A DNA stretch of 64,000 nt from contig NC_135252.1 in NCBI RefSeq assembly GCF_964204865.1, forward strand, positions 15,314,001-15,378,000, read 5' to 3'. Position 1 is the stretch's first letter. Each line of letters opens with the position of its first letter. The position numbers and the translations under genes are program-made. Of this stretch, positions 25,401-38,800 are shown in pieces. The notes under the pieces are model-generated. The model was not told where the DNA came from. It saw nothing but the letters and a program-made list of their open reading frames with translations, and searched no databases. The stretch is from Styela clava (Eukaryota).

Positions 25401-27989
25401 TAATTTCATGATGGAGAATTACCCGTATTTCAAGACAGCACCAGATGGTTGGAAAAACTCTGTTCGGCACAATCTGTCATTGAATAAATGTTTTGAAAAG
25501 GTAAATAAGGTAAATATTTTACAAAATTTTTTATTTGATGAGTATTTGAGCAAAAATCTTCAGGCTTGGTTTATTCTAAAAGTACCTAGAATAATGCCAC
25601 CTTATACCTCCAATAAAACAAAAAACTGTAAATATATGTATTTATCTTGTGTATTTGCATCAGGTTGAAAAACCAAACGGGACCCAGAGAAAAGGTTGTC
25701 TGTGGGCATTGAATCCTGCCAAGGTAGCTAAGATGAAAGAAGAAGTTCAAAAATGGAAAAGGAAAGATCCTGATTCCATTAGAAGGAGCATGTCTAATCC
25801 AGGTCAGGAAAAAAATTATCGGTATCTCATATTTTACGAAAGATACAATACGATTCATTCTTATCTGATTTCAAATGATTATTTGTTTTTGAACAGCCAG
25901 TATGGGTGGGTAATTTCTGACTCACTAAGCAAATATTTTGATAAAATTTATTTGAACACCATATCATAGTAAGCAAATACAACAAATCCTGCATATGCAT
26001 TCTGTATAATATCTAGAAAACATGGCTAGAATATTTATACTTTATTCAAGTGGTGCCCAACCCTTTTTTGGTTTAGTGCTTTTACAATCATTTCACATAT
26101 ATAATACATTGTGGCCATAAATGGTATTTAGGTTTAATTATTGAATATTTTGCTGAACCCTTGATTATAATAAAAATGATATGAACTTCTTAATAATTGA
26201 GAATTATATCGATACTCATACTATCAAACATAATCATAGCATGAAGTATTATTCTAACATTTAAATATTAAGTAATCCAATTCCCATTATCTTTTGGTAT
26301 CAAGTGAACATATTTTTTGTATACCAATATTTTACCAATATTTAACATTCCCTTTTTCTACTACAGAGGAACTCGATCGTGAGCTTGAAGAAATGAGAAG
26401 AGTGGATGAAGAACAAGCGAGAAGAAGAATGCTGAGTTTAACATCTCATGGCCTTACTACATCATCAATGCACAACATGCATCATCTTCCTCCTCACCAT
26501 CCCCATCATCCGCAAAATATTTTGCACATGCATCATCATCCGAGTGTTCCATCACACATAAATTCATCTGCGGCAGGACCTTCATCTGTTCCAACGACAT
26601 CACAAAGACATCCAGGGTAAGTGTGTTTACTTAGTAGTATCTTGCTGCAATATACATACTGTAGTACCATAATTCCATTTTTATTTTTTTTAAACAGTCA
26701 ACATTTTTCAACTGAGTTGGCTCAAGAAAACTTTGCGAGAACTCTAGCAAGATCAGCTTCTCAACCTTCACCAGCAATGCGTAATCCATTTGATCTTTCA
26801 CCTCTGGGTCACTCGTCCCAACATGGTAAGTGCACACACAGCTTGCTTGAAGTATGATACAAATCAAAAAACAAATAAGTAAGCAAATAGGTTTTCTGAA
26901 AGAAGTTGCCAAGAAATTTAATTTTAACTTGGAAAAAAAATGTCATAGGACATCATGCAATCTTCCAATGTTCAAAATTAAACTAAGTGGTGTTTTATAT
27001 TTCCACTGAGAATAAAAAGGAAATTTTTAATTTGATTATTTTGTGGTATTTTGTGGAAGAATTCTTCATCATTCATACTTTTAGATGAATAAAATATATT
27101 TGTTAGCATAGAAAATATTTTATTTCCATCTAGCTTCCGGTGCTGCTCCTGTTTCTATAAATCTTGGTTCGAACAATAACAACAATTCTTTTTCTGGAAA
27201 TTCTGCTATGTCTCCCGAAATGATCATACTCACTTCGAGTGGTGGAAGATCAACTCTTTTCACCTCTCCTCAATCTTCCTCTTCTTCAACTACCTCCAGT
27301 AATACAAGTTTGCTGGGAACATTTACTGAAGTTTCTGCTGTTCTAGGTGTAGATGATTTTGATGCAAGTTTGGCAGATCTGGCTGGTTTACATGTAAGTT
27401 TTTCTTATACTACTGTATCTGTTTTTGATGTTCTTGATTTTGTTTGATTCTGACACACAATGGTCGAACTTGAAATGTTTGTGCCATACTATACTTGTTT
27501 ATGTAATCTCTTCACTTAGAATAAGAAAGCACATCATTTAAGTCATAAGCATTATATCAACTTAAACAATATAGTCTTTTTGCCTTTGATAAGTGATAAA
27601 AGAAATTGGATATATAAATAATACATCTCTTTGAATCTTAAATATTTTATCTGTCCTTAACAATGTTTTGATTTAATTTTCAGGACTCTTTTTGGGATGG
27701 TACTCTGAATCCCCAAACAACAGTTGCAAGCGATGTTAGTGAAGCATTTTCTGAAAGTGACTCCAAGGTGGCATTACCTATAGAAAGAAATGAAGAGTCA
27801 TCACCCATGACATCAGAAGGTTGTGTTCCTTTGCCCCCTGTCATCAGGGTTTTATCTTCTCATTCAAGAGAACAAGCCTCGCCTGATACTCCAGACTTTA
27901 AGTCAAGCACAAGCCAAAGAGTAGATAATTTTGGAAGAGACTTGACTTGTTATGCAAGCAACAATATTAAGCCAGTGGTGCTGCTATAA
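22483..27989 (+). CDS. FOXN1/4: Forkhead box N1/4 transcription factor
   Basis: Phase-consistent exons 22483-22652, 22914-22983, 23146-23246, 23534-23654, 23852-23954, 24029-24244, 24405-24660, 25338-25500, 25664-25802, 26367-26616, 26698-26825, 27134-27393, 27684-27989. Forkhead: [99 protein letters not shown]. Also DLSSLTWL motif and C-terminal KPVVLL as in FOXN1/4. Confidence 0.96.
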
Positions 27990-30851
27990 TCAATTGGCTG
28001 CTCATGATGATAATTGAAAAAAGAATGAACTGCTCACACAAATTTCTGTCAACTTACGGTATAAATAGATTTCTTTGTTTGGAAATGTTGCTATTGCTGC
28101 CTTCTCATGTAAAAAAGTTGTTATGCTAGGCTAAAAAGGATCGTTAATTGTGCATGCTGTTGAAAAAGAATGAATCTGAGGCAAGTTTATTTTAAGCGAC
28201 CATATCTGACATACCGATATGTTTAACTTAGTTAAAAAATACATTTTTTTAATTGATTATAAATGCATTCATACAACCACCCAATTCATGCATCTGAAAC
28301 ATTTCGCAGGACAAGAGCCTGTGATTCTTCGCACAATAAAGCTGTCCTATTGACATTATCCTATTGTATACAAAAAGAGTTTTTTATATCAATTTCTGCT
28401 ACCAAATTGAATCGAATCCTCAAATTTTATTCTACACATATGCACAACATGTACAAATACTAGTACTGAGCACATATACCTACTGTGTAGAATGTGCACT
28501 GTGAGATAAATCAACCTATAATACACACTGTGGAGGATCAAACCATATTCGAAGCTAGGTATTATTATCAATATAATTTTTTCGAATCTTCAATTACCTA
28601 GAACATACTTATAGATAATATACTCAATATGGTACTGCTAATTTCCTCAAAATTACCTGCTTTTTAATCGTCTCAAATTCCAAATTTCGATTAACACCCA
28701 AAAAATGTTAATTAAGAAAAAACATTTATGAAGAATAACGTCTATTTTCTGCAAATTGGATATTCACAGGTTTATGTGTGTAAAAACCAAAAGTACTTGC
28801 ATCTTAGTTTTATAATTTAGGACAGCTTAGTTTTTTATAATTTTTAAGCCTTTTAATAATAAGGTGCTTTCAATCAAATTGATTTCAAATGAATCAAACA
28901 TTTTATCTTCAAAAACAAGGGAACACTGTGTTTGTTAGCTTCCTACGCTATATATTATGCTAGCTACCTAGTTAAAAAAAATTGGGATGAATATATTTGT
29001 TTATATATGAGTTGTATCTAAGAAAACATGAATTGTAGAAATTCATTCTGCTTCACATATCTGCTGCTTTTGGCTGATTATAAATGTATATGTGTGATAA
29101 TCTATATATAAAATATGTAACTAATCTGTATTTATTGCTGCATATTTGTGACTTTTTATTGAATTGTACTAGCATTATGCTACTTGCCACTTTGATTTTA
29201 TAGCAACCAAAGGCCATTTTAATGACATTCACATTTTGTATGTATTGTATATAAAATGCTAATTCTATTTAACTCTGGTCAGGGAACATTCTTGAAAGTT
29301 ATAAATTACTATTTTCTAAATTTGAAATATTTCAAATATTTTTGTTTCTTAGTTATTTTCTATCAAAATATCCCCAGATTAAGAAATAATTTCAGAACAA
29401 ATTGTATAAAATAACAAAAAAAATATATCAATAATGTTATTTAAATTTTTCTAAACTAAATGTCATGTATATAACATTTTAATTTTTTTTTTTACATTGT
29501 TAAAAAGGTTTCATAAATCTTATATACAGAAATAAGAGTTTTATTTTTTGTTTTTCCTTTTTTTATATGTTGGCACATTTCTTCAAAATTTTCAAAAGTA
29601 TATAACAAAAAGTATTGGTTTGAAATTTAGTGTTTGCCAAACCTCAGTGAAAACTGAATTCATTGGAGAATACTTTAAATTTCTGGCCGAATAAATATAG
29701 AGCCATATTACCCAATTGCACCAATCTTTTACCACCATTCCTATTGCGAAATACAATTCAATTTTTCTTAAATATATAGATATTATATAAGTTAACTATA
29801 GCTCACTTTTAATTTACTCATAATTTCGCATGTTTTTCCAATTTATGATGATACACAATGTAATTGACTCCTTTTAAACACATTGATGTTTCAGGATTTT
29901 CCACAAAAAGTATAAATTTACCTGTTACCAACCTATATGATATTTTTTTACAGATAAATCAAATTATGAATAATAAGTTTTGGATCCAGAGTATTCAGGT
30001 GTACAGTATACAAACACGTATTCGCTTTTAAAATTTAAGGTGTTTGAATATTTGTTTATAAATCATGTGTTAAAATGCTGTTAATCAACATATCTCCTTA
30101 AGATTATTACCAGCATGCTCATTGTGATGATTTGTCATAGAAGTATTTTTATTATTGTTTCGTTAATTTTTGCACCGAATCACTACCAAACCAATGATTG
30201 ATTTTATACTATATATAGAAACATTATTTATCTCAATCTTTCAGTCAAATGCTTATTTTAACTGTATTTAAAGTCTGGCACTTCAGAAGATTGTAAATAA
30301 TGCTTCCTTCAAGATCTTCATTTAATTAGATGGTATCAAAAGCAAAAGTCAATTTTTTTCTCATTTTGATGAATCAAGTTGCTTCTAAATCTACATGTAA
30401 ACTGAAACTTATTGAAAAGGGGGAGATACATCTACTTGTGAGGGCTAATATGTTATGTTCGTTGCAATATTTTACTGTTAGAGTCAGCATATGTGCAAAA
30501 ATTTGCACTGATGTTGTTGTCGTGTTATCAGTTGCTGCTGTTGTTTACAAGGTTGTTAAAAATTATAACCAATGACTATGGTAGCACATTTTGTGGGTCA
30601 CTTTGTTTCATTTCCCATCTTGGCTATCATAATAACTCTCTCTGTGAACAAAATTAATGACAAGAAGCATATCAAAATTTTGTTGCAGACTTCCATGTCA
30701 GAATATAGAAATATGTTCCATTTATATTCAAATGCATTTTACGCTGCTTAGTGCTGCTGAATTTCATTATGTAGAATGATGTCATCCAATATTAATTTTA
30801 GAATAACAATTAATTTCAAACGGTTGTGCCGAAACAAGACTTCTAGTCAAT

Positions 30852-30990
30852 GCATCTGGAACAAATAACTGGCTAACCAATCCCATACCCGAAATGGACC
30901 GGTAATCGGACGACAAACCGTGGTTTGACATATGATTTAGTCATCTTATCTCTTTCCTCTCCTCTGAGATAAATATGTAAGTCCTATCTT
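30852..30990 (+). mobile_element. 5'-truncated SINE copy (family of 34991-35375)
   Basis: gcatctggaacaaataactggctaac...cccataccc...gataaatatgtaagtcctat matches the 3' half of the SINE. Confidence 0.7.
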
Positions 30991-32864
30991 ATGGTGCTAA
31001 GGTCTATGATATGCTTAATGTCCAATCCTAACATATATATAAATGAAACTTATATTAATATTTATATGTTTTTTCTTACTGTAATATGTATAATTTATTG
31101 CTATTGTTGATTATGTTCAATTAATTATTTTTTTGTTAGATGCAGAATAGTCTTAGTTGCACTGCCTATTACTAGGCAAAAATATGTTTGTCGTCTGTTC
31201 GTAGTTGCAATTTTTGAACATTGTTTGGTTACTTTTCATTTTTATTAAGTCGTTTGTTCCAACCTGTGGAGTGTTTGAGCTCCGACCTTCATTGGTCGTT
31301 GTAATCCCCGATGATTTTTCAATACACGTACTATCTATCTATCTATCACTCATACTCGATGGACATATATATCGACTGGTTCACTGTTACACTGATTTTC
31401 ACAGGTTTTTTATTAAACAATGTATGATAATTATGATTTATATATAGATATATGTAAATATGACCTACACGTTCACCTTTTTGCCTTTCTTAAAGTTCTG
31501 CAATCCGTTGTGCCTATGTCATTTTATATTCAATGTTATTTTTTGTCAATTTACCTTTAGTTTATAAGCATGTCAGTTGTTTACACTTGGTATCGTCTCT
31601 AGAAAATTTATTACAATATGAAATAAATTTTTAACAAATTTTTATGAATTTGGAATTAACGTTTCATTCTTGTTTTCTAATCAGACGAACATATCTAGTA
31701 GGTAATTGTGCGCGGGAGATGAGATTGTAAAACAGGGAGCCAATACATTACGAGTAAACAACACAATTTGTCACTTTTTTGTGTCCCGATGTGTATGTGA
31801 TGGAAATTACCTTAATGATACTTTCTCTCGATGTTTAGATTATAGACTCCCAAATCTATGCATTATATGGGATTGCAAAATTCAAAATTTATCTTAAAGG
31901 TAATGAGAGTTTCCACTACGTTAAACGGATGTACAAAACACATTTCGATGAGTGACCTATCTGATCACGCACGGATAAATAATTCCCGCAATATGATTCT
32001 GCAAATGTCCATGTTTGCAAAGGTTCGTGGGCGCAAAATGTCCGGGATGTAAACGTCTGCCGGTGCGAATGTTTGTGGGTGCCAATGCTCGAGAATGCGT
32101 ATCACGCATGTACCACGGTGTAAATAATCGTGGATGGAAATGTCTGTTGACGTTCATGAATGCAAAGAGGTCGCGACGACATGAATGCAAATATACTGAG
32201 TTCAAATAATGAGTATAAACAAACGGGTGCGAATATACTGGGTGCAACGGTGCTGTAATTCGATCACCGAAAAAGCGCCGTGTGCAAATATGCATGCAAA
32301 AATGTCAATTGTCAGAGCGAAAAATGCTCTTTAATCTCGAAACACGTCCTGGAAACCTATTTTGAAAACAAAAGTTTATTTGATTAAATAAATTTAGTGA
32401 TGCATCTTTTTCAATTGAAAATAATATTTACCAAGGCAAAAATTGTATGATGAGTGTCAAATTTAGGAAAATTAACTTATGCAGGAAGGCATGAACCAGA
32501 GCAACGCTGATAAGAACGAGAACTTGTCGACAAATTGATTGTTGCCTTGCAGTTAAGCTTTGGAATAATAGGAACCGTTCTAACCATACATTCTCAACAT
32601 CATGATGAACACTGCATGTGAGTAAATTGCGACCGCTCGCCGATGTGTCTTGTGAACCATCACAACAAACGATTTCATGATTAGATTTCGATAATCAACA
32701 CTCCTTATTTTCTTCCGAGCAATCAGAGACTGGTTGAACACCATGTCATACGTCTTGCTTCTGTTCCAGCGGTAGGGTGCCGTATTTTCGTTCCCCGGTC
32801 GGCTATTTTGTTCCAGGCATTTCCTATACACACCAGGCCAAAAGGTTAGCTAATTAACAACAAA

Positions 32865-35800
32865 ATGCAATTAACAATACGCCGATCGATTTTGTTATTT
32901 TTTTCTGGAGTATATGCCTGCTCAATTTTTCCGTTTGCTGAAGGTAAGATTATTATATTTCTTATTGACTACTTACTTAGTTTCTCACTCCAAATAATGA
33001 CAAGATTTCAATATGAAATTACCAACAACAGGAGAGTAAGCTGGTTTGATAAATTTTGTTGGGTTAAACGTAAAATTTTCCTTCGTATCATTTTGGACAA
33101 ATCCGCAATCAGGTCACGTTCCTTGTGTAAATGAGTAAATATTAGATTGACAACGGCAACTAAGAAGGCTACTCAAATTGCTCAGAAGGTTGCTGTGTCT
33201 TAATCTTCAGTGCATAAATAGCTGCTTGACTATAAACACTAAGCTGCTTGGATACGAGAAATTAATTCTACAATAAAAACTCGATTGTAATAAACTACTT
33301 GTACTTCTGATCTTTCATTCAAATTGCAATTATGGCTGAAATAATATATAGCTTTATTATACCTTGAAGGCTATCAATGCAAAGAAGGAGGCATTATAGA
33401 CGATGAGTGGAAATGTGATTACATGGTAGATTGCCCCGACGGATCGGACGAATTTCCTGAAACATGTGGTGAGTGAAATGTGGAGTTGCAATATGTACTA
33501 AATACTACGGTGATTCCAGCATTTGGGATTACCTCCAACAATCGGCGAAGGTTTTCTTTAAGTGTAGCGTGGGAGTTATAAATCTTACAGAACATCAGAA
33601 CGTGACCAACTATCGTTAACAACAATGTCGACGCCACTCCAACCAACGCGGCCGCAGTTAGGGTTTTGTTTTTATCAATTCTAAAAAAAGCATCGTGTTT
33701 TAAAACAAGGGCTTGTTTTAATTATAATTTCAAAAATGTAAGTAAAAATTCCTTTTTTGACTCTTACTTCTATTGCGTACATTTATCGCCACGCCACGTT
33801 TGTATCTCCACCAAAATCATAAGATTTTAACCGAAATGTTTATCCGAGATATCAGAGAGACGTTTTGAGTAAGAAAAATCCTGAAACTTAGCTCACGAGC
33901 CTACCCCTAAAGCAATTAGATCAAGGGCAGCCTTCGGCAAAACGAGTGGGCTGCGATAATGAAGAGTATTATGCTTACATCGGCGACAATCTACTGATAT
34001 AAACGATGAAACACCCTAGCGGCCTAGCCTATACTAATTGTAAGAGTGCTCTGATGCAACGACGCCACAACTAATCGGTTGCCGTACATTTGAACCCACG
34101 ATAATTGCACCTGCATATTATGCTATTGCACCTATGGATTTTTTTGTTTTTGTTTTGCGGATATTCGAACCCATACTAACCCTTACCCACGGATTTTGGC
34201 ACCCGCATATAGATTGAACCCGCAGATATACACATGGGTTCAAATGTACGTGGGTTCAAATGTACAGTCACCCAATTAATCTGTTATGACGCATAATATG
34301 GATTTCGAGGCACAAAAATTTCTCATAAAATGAAGGCATTATTAAGGTTAATACTGTTCGGTTAATTTATGCCTAGCATACTTAGTTTTTAAGGTTGAAG
34401 TGATAAGAGTTTTTCAAGGTTATACAAACTCCTTTATTCGATCGCATTTCAATTTTCGTAAAAAGGTTTCGTCGTAGCAGGGTCTTTAACGTAATTGCTT
34501 ATCGTTTGCGTCTTACCTAGCAAACCACTGAACTACAGCTTGAGAAGGTGTGTATGAGCCTCTATCAATATTTGTGGCGTTTTGAAGGATTTATTGCAAA
34601 TAAGAAGCGCTTGGCAAGCTTTTACATCCATTTTTCTTTAACTTATTTTAGACAAAAAAAATCATAGTATAGCCATTTTGAACAAAACAGGCAAAAAAAA
34701 AAAATTTTTAAAACAATTCTTTTTGAACAAATCCCAAGCCGAAGTGGGCCCCGCGCTTGGGAACATAATTTAGTGGTAAAGTTACTGTACCTCAATTGTG
34801 ATTTAGTACTCGGTTAAAAGATAATGAAATATAAAAGAGAATTAATTTTATATAAAAATCTTCAAATTATCTTCTCATTCTCAGCTCTTGGCAGACTAGG
34901 CCCTAGGCACCCCGTTTCGCATAGAGCCCCGCAATAGTTGCGGACCTACCTGGTTAACAAATATAAATTCAATATGTGTATGCTACTCTTGGCGCGGCGG
35001 TGTGACTCATCGTGCTAAGTCGTGTTAGGAATACGCTTGCCACCGCACCTCTGATTACTCTGCGTTGGTTCGCATGTTCGAATCCCATACGGGGATGGTT
35101 TTGTGCGAGAGGATTGGTGGACTCCTCGCCGCCGTAGGGTGGTTCACGTGACCGCTGGTCGGTTACGGCTTCCTTGATCATCAAGTCCATGCTTCCGAAA
35201 ACAAATAACGTACTAATCCCATACCCGACATGGAATGGTAAGCGGACGAGAGACGGTGGTGCGCTATATGGTTAAACCGGCTTTCCTTTCCCCGGGATAA
35301 ATATGTAAATGCTATATGCTTAAACCGTCTTATCGGTTTTCCTTTCCCCGGGATAAATATGTAAATCCTATTCTACTGTACATATCAGTCTTCAGAAGCA
35401 TATATTTTGGACGCTGTGAAATAATGGCTTCAATTTATCTGCAATAGCTGACAGGTCTTGTTCTGATGATCAATTTCGCTGTAACAATACTCGATGCATC
35501 GATAAAAGTTATGCCTGTGATGGAGAACCAGACTGCCAAGACGGTGATAGCTCGGATGAAGAAGGCTGTGACGTAAGTGTTGTGTTTAAACTTTACAACA
35601 ATGGCTCAAAATATAATCTACTGGCGCCTCGGCGTTGTCTGGCTACTTGGTACGTTTCCAGGCGTCTAATGGACCATCGGTTTCAAATTATCGGTATAAT
35701 TTATCAAAAAACTCACTAGGTTCAAGTGCCCTCGGAATCCCATTAAGTTCAGAAGTTCACCCAAACATATGCTGCTTTTAATTCATGGGAAATTTTTTAT

Positions 35801-38800
35801 GACATAAGGGAACACTTTTATAGGACGTTTGGTTTTGGTTTTTGGTGTCCATTTATTTGAGAATGCATTTTGTTGCTATCCAATCACGTATTAGGCGAAT
35901 TAATATTATGTCAATTCGTGTCCATATCAGATCATTTGTAAGCATTCTAACGTTTTTCAATATGTATATGCACGTACATATAGTTTAAATGGGGACTACA
36001 TTAGCGCTGTTAAATCTTTCAAGCTCCTAAACATAAGTTTCGTAGTGATATTTTGCTATTGATCCAACGCGATGACGTAATTGTACCTTCAAGTTCAACC
36101 TTTTTACAAATGTTTTTATATTTTATCAGAAACCCATGTCGCCTGATGGTGATTCATGCAAACAGTTCAAATGCTCTACAACCGAAGATTGTTTTCCTTT
36201 TGTGTGGGTTTGTGATGGTGAACGAGACTGTTCCGACGGATCTGATGAAGCTAATTGTGTTTGTATTCCTGGAGATTACGGGTAAAATGCCAATAGTTTT
36301 GTTTAGTATTATTCCCTGAGAATCGGATGCGGTCAGGGCCTGCCTGGTTTACAATTAGGCATCAAGCCTTAGGGGCCTTGACGTTAAATTTTGAACTGCT
36401 CTTCATTTTTAGGTCGTTATTAAACAAACAAAAAAATCTTCGGAATGTAGCCTGCTTAAAATTTCATAAGTGATATTTGTTTACTTTTAATTGAGTAAAT
36501 AAATCTTGTCCCAAATATCTACTGCTTTGAGGGTTAAAAAAAATGATAACAGTGGAATAAATGATTTTGTTTTAATTTGAAAAACTGTATTCCGGTGCCA
36601 TGACGTTTTATTATAGCGACGAGTTTCTCATCTACTATCCAATCTACTTGGGTGATTACTGATTAGTGTACGTATTTCGTTTGTAACTAAAATTTCGAAT
36701 TTCACGCAATTCAAAATGTTGTTCATGGTGTAATAATACATTTCACCTATACGTTCAAGGCTTATTATGACATTAATACATTTTCAATGGCGCTATTGTT
36801 TTCGAGGGGGCTCACGAATGTACTAGGCTACTTATCTTCTAAATCAGGCCCTGGATGCGGTTGGCCCCTACTTTTATCGTATCCTATTTTCGTAAAAGTA
36901 GTTTCTGACGTCTTGCGTGGGCGTGTTTTGTATCGCTGTCGCAGAGTTTGTACAGTCCATGCATTTGGAACATTGGCTGGCCTATCCTTTGCCGTATAAT
37001 ACCTTATAAACTTGACAAAATGGTGTGGTTGGCCATAAGATGAAACCGTTTTATCGGCTTTCCTCCCTCGGGTAAATGTGAAATTTCTTCTCTACCCAGG
37101 GGGAGAATGAAAGTAACGCTTGAAAGTATTTATATTTTCTTCCGTTGAACAGGTGCTACTCCAGAGGCGTTTCTTTGTGCTTTCAAAATTCAACTAAATG
37201 CGATGGCGTTGAGCATTGTGACGACGGGTCAGATGAGCAGGATTGTAGCGGTATAGAATATACTGGCGACGATAGTTGTAAGTTATATTGATTGGATATT
37301 CTACTAAGCTTCATCAATTCGTTAGTGCGCTGTAGGCTACAATCTCTTGTCATTTTACAGTTTCATGCCCTTCGACGAAATACAAATGCCGTACAAAGAA
37401 TCAATGCGTTTTGTGGAAGTTGGTTTGTGATGGGATACCAGACTGCTCCGATGAATCAGACGAGGGTGGTTTGTGTCATGCAAATGACTGTGGGAACCGA
37501 AAAACTACTGGGATAAACAAGCCTTCCAAACCTAAAGTTGTATGCGAGCAATATTGCCGCGAAACTCCGGACGGAGCAAAGTGTACATGTGATGCTGGTT
37601 TCAGGTGCAGGATTAAGGAGACTATATATTGTGCATAAAAATCGTCAGTTTTTCTACATTTTTATTGAGTGAAGTATAAACGACTGAAATTTTCAGGTTG
37701 GCAGACGATGGCACGCATTGTCTAGATGTGAACGAATGCAAAGAAATGTCATCAAAACAAATTCACAACGCTGAAAAACTATCCAAGCTGTACAAATATG
37801 GTTTGCGGTCGGTGTGCAGTCAAAAATGCGTCAATCTTGTGGGTGGCTTTCATTGCGCCTGCGCGGATGGATACGAGTTGGACGCAGATGGCTATACATG
37901 TAAAGCAATGGGTGAGTCCTGTTGGTTTTGTAGAAAATATATAGTGTTTGGTGTGGCGCATCTGGGTAAGCGTTAGTAATACGCTTGCCACCGCACCTTT
38001 TATTACCCTGCAGGTTCGAATCTAGCAGCGGATAGTTATATGCGAGAGAATTTCCGGACTCCTCGCCGCTAGAGGGTGGTTCACATAACCGCTGGCCGGT
38101 TACAGCATTCTGCATCATCAAGTCCATGCATCTGAAACAAATAACTGGCTAACTAATCCCGTACTCGACATAGACTGGTGAGACCGTGGTTCGCTATATG
38201 GTTAAGCAGTCTTATAGGCTTCCTCCTCACCCGTGATGTAAATCCAATCCTATTCGGACGAAGTTGAGTTGCACTTTTTATGTATAACAGTCCCAAAACA
38301 CTTGCTTCATCTATAGCTTCCAATATATTATGTTTGATTAGGAACCTTCAGTCCCGAGTTGTATATTGGCGTGAACAATGAAATAAGGATATTTTCGTTG
38401 CGGGGACCAGGAGACAGCACCTTCCAATATAGCACAATGTATAAAAGTACAGATTCCGATGAAACGTGAGTTCTTTGTCATTCTTTTTAAGATGATTACT
38501 TGTGTTGTTACTGATTAATTAGACAAATTTTCATCATCTATTTACAACTTGAACTTGTGGCGTTCTTAATACGACGCAATATTTTTCTGAAAATAAAAAT
38601 TATTATATATATGAAAGTTCATAAAAATAGCAGCCTGCTAATTTTAACAGAATACTTGGTATTGACGTATTTGTTACAACTTTATCTGTTGTATGGATTG
38701 AGAAGAAATCAGCTCGGTTGATGATGATGAGCGGCCCCGTCGTTGGTCAGATAAACGTTGGTAAGTTTTTAGTTATGACTTCAAACTAGCTTTGAATTGC

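Noticed and set aside
34991-35095. tRNA gene
   Set aside because: A/B boxes are present but there is no cloverleaf, and it is attached to a multi-copy body, so it is a SINE.
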